A DNA stretch of 40,000 nucleotides from Bryobacterales bacterium (GTDB lineage Bacteria; Acidobacteriota; Terriglobia; Bryobacterales; Bryobacteraceae): contig CAVUUB010000020.1 of the NCBI GenBank assembly GCA_963744555.1, positions 185,086 to 225,085 on the forward strand, read 5' to 3'. Below, one piece after another: positions 35,801 through 40,000 of the stretch; the first letter of the stretch is position 1, and every line of letters starts with the position of its first letter. Both the position numbers and the translations under genes were made by a program. Under the pieces are notes generated by a model. The model ran no database searches. It had not been told where the DNA came from and saw only the letters and a program-made list of their open reading frames with translations.

Positions 35801-37991
35801 GCAGCGTCATTCCAATGGAAACAATAGACTGAGGAGATTTTCCCGCCGCAATGGACCGCTCCCGGTCAACTTCCAAAGCTCCGGTTTCGGGGTCGATTTT
35901 GTACGAAGATACTTTTCCGGAGGAAAAACCCGTTACTAAAATATATTTACCGGAAGGATCGATCGTGATTCCAACCGGCCCGTTTTCGGTCGCGTACGGC
36001 GAGCCGGTGATTTCAGCTATTCTCCCCGTCGATGAGTTGATCTTGAAAGCCGAGATGTCGTTCGAAACCAAATTAGCTACATAAAGGTAACGGCCTTGCG
36101 GATCAATAGCCGCTCCAATGGAGTTAGTACCTGCGCGGGCTGGCTTGGCAAGCGATCGTAACGCACCAGTATTCTGATCAATTGTGTACGCCGATACGGT
36201 GCATCCCGCGCCCGCGCCCTTTCCGTATGTGCCTTGGCAGACGTCGGTACGTACACCATAATTGATCACATACGCAAATTTCCCGGAAGGATGGAGGACG
36301 ATGCAGCGGGGCCGCAGTCCAGTGTCGAAGGGCGAACCAGAAATTTGAGCAAGCGAGCCATCACGCGGATCAATCCGGAACGCCGAGATGGTTGCGTCAT
36401 CCTGGTTGGCTACATAAGCAAATCTACCGTTGTTGTCCACTGTAATCCAGAATGGATGATATCCTGCCGAGAACGGCGAACCTGGAATTTCTAGGAGAGT
36501 CCCTGTCACTATGTCCCTCGCGTAAGCCGAAACATCATTGGAGATGACGTTAGTGACATAAAGGAACTTTCCGGCTGGGTCCTGCGCCATGCCAGTCGGA
36601 CCGAAACCCGCTTTGTAGGGAGAACCTGAAATCTCCGCTAGCGCTCCCGTGTCGTGATCGACACGATATGCCGACACATTACATCCATCACCGCAAGCGC
36701 GATCGGAAGTGCCTCGGTTGGCCACATAAACGAACGACCCTGACTCGTCAACGATCACGTAATATGGCCGGTCTTTCGTCGCGTATGGCGATCCTGCAAT
36801 AGCAGATAGCGCGCCGTCTCTATCGATGGCATAGGCCGAAATGTCTCGGGAATCGTAGTTTACTGCGTAGGCAAACGATGCAATGGCTTTCGCCGCTTCT
36901 CCGGCCCCGAACAGTAGCCTACTGTTGTCGTATGGATCGGTAAGATTCGCGTGCCCGTCAGCGAACAAAGCAGAGCTCCTGAAGTTGGTTGGTGTTCCGG
37001 CATAGACCTCGGCAGCATTTGTGGGTTCGATCGTCATCCGGTCATATTCCGAGCTGAGTTGGGTGTACAGAGCAGCTGACCACCGCCAGCGCAGATTGAT
37101 TTTCGGATCGTCAGTCGCCAACGAAGCGTACCAGGTCACGGGACGGATCCTTTCCGGCAACCCGCTACTGGGGACGTGAAACGTCATACCAGTCAGAAAA
37201 GCCTCTGCGGACTGATTCGACGGAACCTTGGTCACCCATCGGCCGCGCGCGGGATCAAATCTCGTGCTCGCGGCATGAAACTCCGGCGAGAAACTGACAG
37301 TAGCGTCTGGAACGCGCAGGTAATAAAGTTCGCCGCCAGCTATGAATCGCACGATCGATCGATTGAGCGATATCGTAACAGGTTTCGGCGACATGGCCTG
37401 TGGCTGAACGAGGCTGCTGAACCAGACGTACCTTCCGCCAGGAATCTTGGTGTCGTTGAACCGGCCTGTAACATAAAGCGGTCCAACGTCATCATTGTTC
37501 TCTTTGGAAGCAGCCGATCTTGCAGAGCGATGCAAAATACCGAAAAACAGAAGCGCCAATGATATGAGCACCGCTGCGAGAATGGCTGCGATCTGTCTTT
37601 TCGACCAACCGTGTGCGGCCCTTTTCTGTTCTCCGTCGAGTTTCTGTCCGTTGGAAGCCGCTTCCACCTGCGCGATGAAGCGATAACCAACGCGAGGCAA
37701 AGTTTCGATATAGCGCGGGTTCTCAGCCGAATCGCGCAGAGCTTCCCGCAGTTTATTCATGTTGAGATTCAGATTGCGATCGAAATCGACGTGAGCGTCG
37801 GGCCAAAGCCGAGAACATAACTGGTCGCGCTGGACTACCTCGCCAGCATGCTCCAACAAGATCTTGAGGAGGCTGAACGGGAGTCCCGAGAGACGAATAC
37901 GAATGCCATTCTTCCTAAGCTCTCTGGAACGTAAGTCGGCTTCGAATTCGCCGAAGTGGATTTTTCCGGATGACTCATTCGCCTCAGGCAT
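35772..37991 (-). CDS. CadC/OmpR-type winged-helix transcriptional regulator fused to TM segment and lactonase-type beta-propeller repeats
   Basis: The N-terminus FGEFEADLRSRELRKNGIRIRLSGLPFSLLKILLEHAGEVVQRDQL...ETLPRVGYRF is a trans_reg_C domain. A TM helix (IAAILAAVLISLALLFFGIL) follows. Repeated motifs YV(A/T)N...ND(I/V)SA(Y/F) and GP are typical of 7-bladed lactonase propellers. Confidence 0.8.
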   Translation of the reverse strand: MPEANESSGKIHFGEFEADLRSRELRKNGIRIRLSGLPFSLLKILLEHAGEVVQRDQLCSRLWPDAHVDFDRNLNLNMNKLREALRDSAENPRYIETLPRVGYRFIAQVEAASNGQKLDGEQKRAAHGWSKRQIAAILAAVLISLALLFFGILHRSARSAASKENNDDVGPLYVTGRFNDTKIPGGRYVWFSSLVQPQAMSPKPVTISLNRSIVRFIAGGELYYLRVPDATVSFSPEFHAASTRFDPARGRWVTKVPSNQSAEAFLTGMTFHVPSSGLPERIRPVTWYASLATDDPKINLRWRWSAALYTQLSSEYDRMTIEPTNAAEVYAGTPTNFRSSALFADGHANLTDPYDNSRLLFGAGEAAKAIASFAYAVNYDSRDISAYAIDRDGALSAIAGSPYATKDRPYYVIVDESGSFVYVANRGTSDRACGDGCNVSAYRVDHDTGALAEISGSPYKAGFGPTGMAQDPAGKFLYVTNVISNDVSAYARDIVTGTLLEIPGSPFSAGYHPFWITVDNNGRFAYVANQDDATISAFRIDPRDGSLAQISGSPFDTGLRPRCIVLHPSGKFAYVINYGVRTDVCQGTYGKGAGAGCTVSAYTIDQNTGALRSLAKPARAGTNSIGAAIDPQGRYLYVANLVSNDISAFKINSSTGRIAEITGSPYATENGPVGITIDPSGKYILVTGFSSGKVSSYKIDPETGALEVDRERSIAAGKSPQSIVSIGMTLLSEPSSERP

Positions 37992-38097
37992 TGGGACAGT
38001 GCTCGAAGCGAATCTAACACGGATTTTCGCCTTGCAGCAAGCCCTTGTGTTTCAGCGGCTTGGCGGGAGATATAAAACTAATATCAAAATGTATTGA

Positions 38098-39111
38098 GCT
38101 GGATATCCCCTTGACTCAGCTTGCCCCCATATGTAGTGGTGGCCCGCTAACCGTTCTCACTATCGACTCATAGGTGTTCGGCGGCGTATTCACGGCCTGC
38201 TGCACGAGCCGAAAGAAGAGCTTCCCTCGGCTCTTGGATTTCCGGCGATTGAAGCGAAATGTGAATTCATCCAGATAATAAGGCAGGTAGTAATAAGCTA
38301 CCCCGCCTTGGTGTGTACCGAGCAGCCAGCGCTTCAACAGCGACACGACCCGATGAACCCGAGGCATCAACTTGGAAGCTTCTTTCCTTCGATTCCCCAA
38401 CCTCGTGATCTCCCGTTGATAGCCCTGCTTCTCCAAGCCTGCGTATCCTTGCCAGCCGTCCGTGTGGATCACGCTTCCGGGTTCGATGCAATCCTCCACG
38501 AACGGATGGAGATTGGCCGCCGAGCAATCCCTGATCATCCGCATCCGGATGCGCCCAATGCCCGCTCCATCGGCCTGGGCAGCGATCACAACCCACGCCT
38601 TTCGCGCGGTTTGCCTTCCCCAAGCTCCCTCCTCCAATCCGCCCACCATGGTCTCGTCCATTTCCACCCAACCGCTCAACCGATCCCGGTCCGGCCGGAC
38701 CATTGCCCGTCTCAGTTTGTGTAGCCAGGTCCAGGCGGTCTCATAACTAGCCAAGCCGAGCACCCGCTGCAAACCCAGGGCGCTCGCCCCGTTCTTCTGG
38801 CTCGTCACATACCACATCGCCCGAAACCACATCACCAGCGGTTTCCGGGTGTCCTGGAAAATGGTACCCGCGGTGGCCGACACTTGGCGGCGGCAGCCAC
38901 AGCACTGGAACAAAGTGTCACGAACCACAACCGCCTTCTTGCCGTGACAGCACGGGCATTGAAATCCCTCGGGCCATCGCAGGCTGACTAGGTAGGCCCG
39001 GCAGTTTTCTTCCTTCGCGAAACGACTCTCGAACTCCTGAACGGTGCGCGGGTAATCCTCCATTCCTGAAATCTATATGTTGGGGTCGGCTGAGTCAAGG
39101 GGATATCCAGT
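38098..39111 (-). mobile_element. IS1595-family insertion sequence, complete
   Basis: Perfect 22-bp terminal inverted repeats CTGGATATCCCCTTGACTCAGC (38099-38120) and GCTGAGTCAAGGGGATATCCAG (39089-39110). They are flanked by an 8-bp direct repeat TGTATTGA (38090-38097 and 39112-39119). A single transposase ORF lies inside. Confidence 0.85.
38116..39063 (-). CDS. IS1595-family transposase
   Basis: N-terminal zinc-ribbon CPCCHGK...CCGCRRQ, then TIFQDTRKPLVMWFRAMWYVTSQKNGASALGLQR and a DDE region (VEMDETMVGG ... IHTDGWQGY). This is the pattern of ISXO2-like/IS1595 transposases. Confidence 0.85.
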   Translation of the reverse strand: MEDYPRTVQEFESRFAKEENCRAYLVSLRWPEGFQCPCCHGKKAVVVRDTLFQCCGCRRQVSATAGTIFQDTRKPLVMWFRAMWYVTSQKNGASALGLQRVLGLASYETAWTWLHKLRRAMVRPDRDRLSGWVEMDETMVGGLEEGAWGRQTARKAWVVIAAQADGAGIGRIRMRMIRDCSAANLHPFVEDCIEPGSVIHTDGWQGYAGLEKQGYQREITRLGNRRKEASKLMPRVHRVVSLLKRWLLGTHQGGVAYYYLPYYLDEFTFRFNRRKSKSRGKLFFRLVQQAVNTPPNTYESIVRTVSGPPLHMGAS

Positions 39112-39257
39112 TGTATTGACTTGTTACTACGCTGGGCATTTCATACAGAGGAACGGGCGTATGCTGCCAATGATACGGGGCAACTGAAATCGTCGGACCG
39201 CAAATGGGGATCGTCGCCGCCTGGAAGGGAGTATATGATTCCCAGAATGGACACGAT

Positions 39258-40000
39258 ATGAAGAACTCCCGACCGCGCCGTGTTTGCAAAAATGTACTGC
39301 CGTTGCTTGTTCTAACGCAGGTCTGCTACGGACAAAACACACGTTATCAATTCGTTGATCTTAGTAACGGGTACTCCGGGGCGTTCACACCGCTGCCCAT
39401 CGGTGTCAACAATTTGGGTCAAGCAGTGGTGGAATTTAATGGGGGGCCGGATGGAACGGCGTCGGGTGTGGCGGTCTTTAGCCCGCCATACCAAGCACCT
39501 ATGTTTATCCCGCCTCTAGCGGGAGACACTGCGACAGCTGGTGGGGGCATCAGTGATGCGGGTGTTGTCGGCTGTTCTTACTCCCCTAGCGTAACCTTCC
39601 CCAATGTGACGCCCATTCTCCACCCATTTATATTCTCACTGTTAACAGGAACGCAGCCGCTGCCTCTGCTGCCCGGTTATCGTGGGGCCTGTGCAATTGC
39701 AATCAGCAAGAATGGCACAATTTTGGGAGCGGCAATGGATGCTCAGGGTTCCAATGCTCTTACTTTTTTCGTCTATACAGCGGATCACAAGCCAGGTTCA
39801 ATTTTGGCGCTGCCTGGAAGTTCTCCAGCCCGGCGGCAATAAACGATTCCGGCCAGGTTACGGGGGACACAGGCGTGTTTGATCCCCAGGCTCGCCTTCT
39901 GGTGTCGAAGTACGCCACGCGTTCCTTTATTCGCAAGGTCAATCGACGGATCTTGGGACGCTCTCGTGGGATCCTACGCTATACACACTTGGCCTCGCGC
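39258..40000 (+). CDS. HAF-repeat-like secreted protein, apparent frameshift near 39825-39840; continues beyond window
   Basis: Signal peptide MKNSRPRRVCKNVLPLLVLTQVCYGQ. Repeats GVNNLGQAVVEF, ISDAGVVGCSY and ISKNGTILGAAMD are present. The ORF stops at 39842 but another frame continues ...SSPAAINDSGQVTGDTG... to the window end. Confidence 0.5.

Noticed and set aside
35818-35850. Short direct similarity between 23325-23356 (TATACAATAGCG...TTTTTGCCCC) and 35818-35850 (GAAACAATAGAC...ATTTTCCCGCC) as element-end signatures
   Set aside because: Only a 7-mer (ACAATAG) and a T-run match, about half of the positions overall, which is consistent with chance.

Overview
The window appears to be a high-GC bacterial chromosome. 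The gene content looks Acidobacteriota-like (large secreted M14 peptidases, HAF-repeat protein, CadC-type regulator fused to a lactonase beta-propeller, CsgG-like lipoprotein), but this is an inference because no search was run. Three parts are visible.

(1) 1-19.8 kb is the core region. It holds a DinB-family gene fragment and two divergent M14 metallopeptidase genes, both broken by many frameshifts. It also holds a metallophosphoesterase, a STAS protein, LigD split into three translationally coupled genes (phosphoesterase, ligase, polymerase) with no Ku, and a FliA-type sigma factor. The remaining genes are a Ser/Thr kinase, a CsgG-family protein, a Yip1-like membrane protein, a DUF1028 protein and a VOC protein.

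(2) About 19.8-35.8 kb is a visibly AT-richer island of small hypothetical genes with internal repeats and decayed genes. At its right end is an intact module: Cas1 (casposase-like, with no Cas2 and no CRISPR array) divergent from an operon of excisionase-type HTH, a second HTH protein, an HNH nuclease and a family-B DNA polymerase. This is the gene signature of a casposon-like self-synthesizing element and is the main finding. I could not identify its terminal inverted repeats or target-site duplication.

(3) 35.8-40 kb holds a winged-helix/beta-propeller regulator whose 3' end overlaps the polB stop. It also holds an IS1595-family insertion with perfect 22-bp inverted repeats and an 8-bp target duplication, and a HAF-repeat gene with an apparent frameshift.

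No rRNA, tRNA or CRISPR array was recognised.
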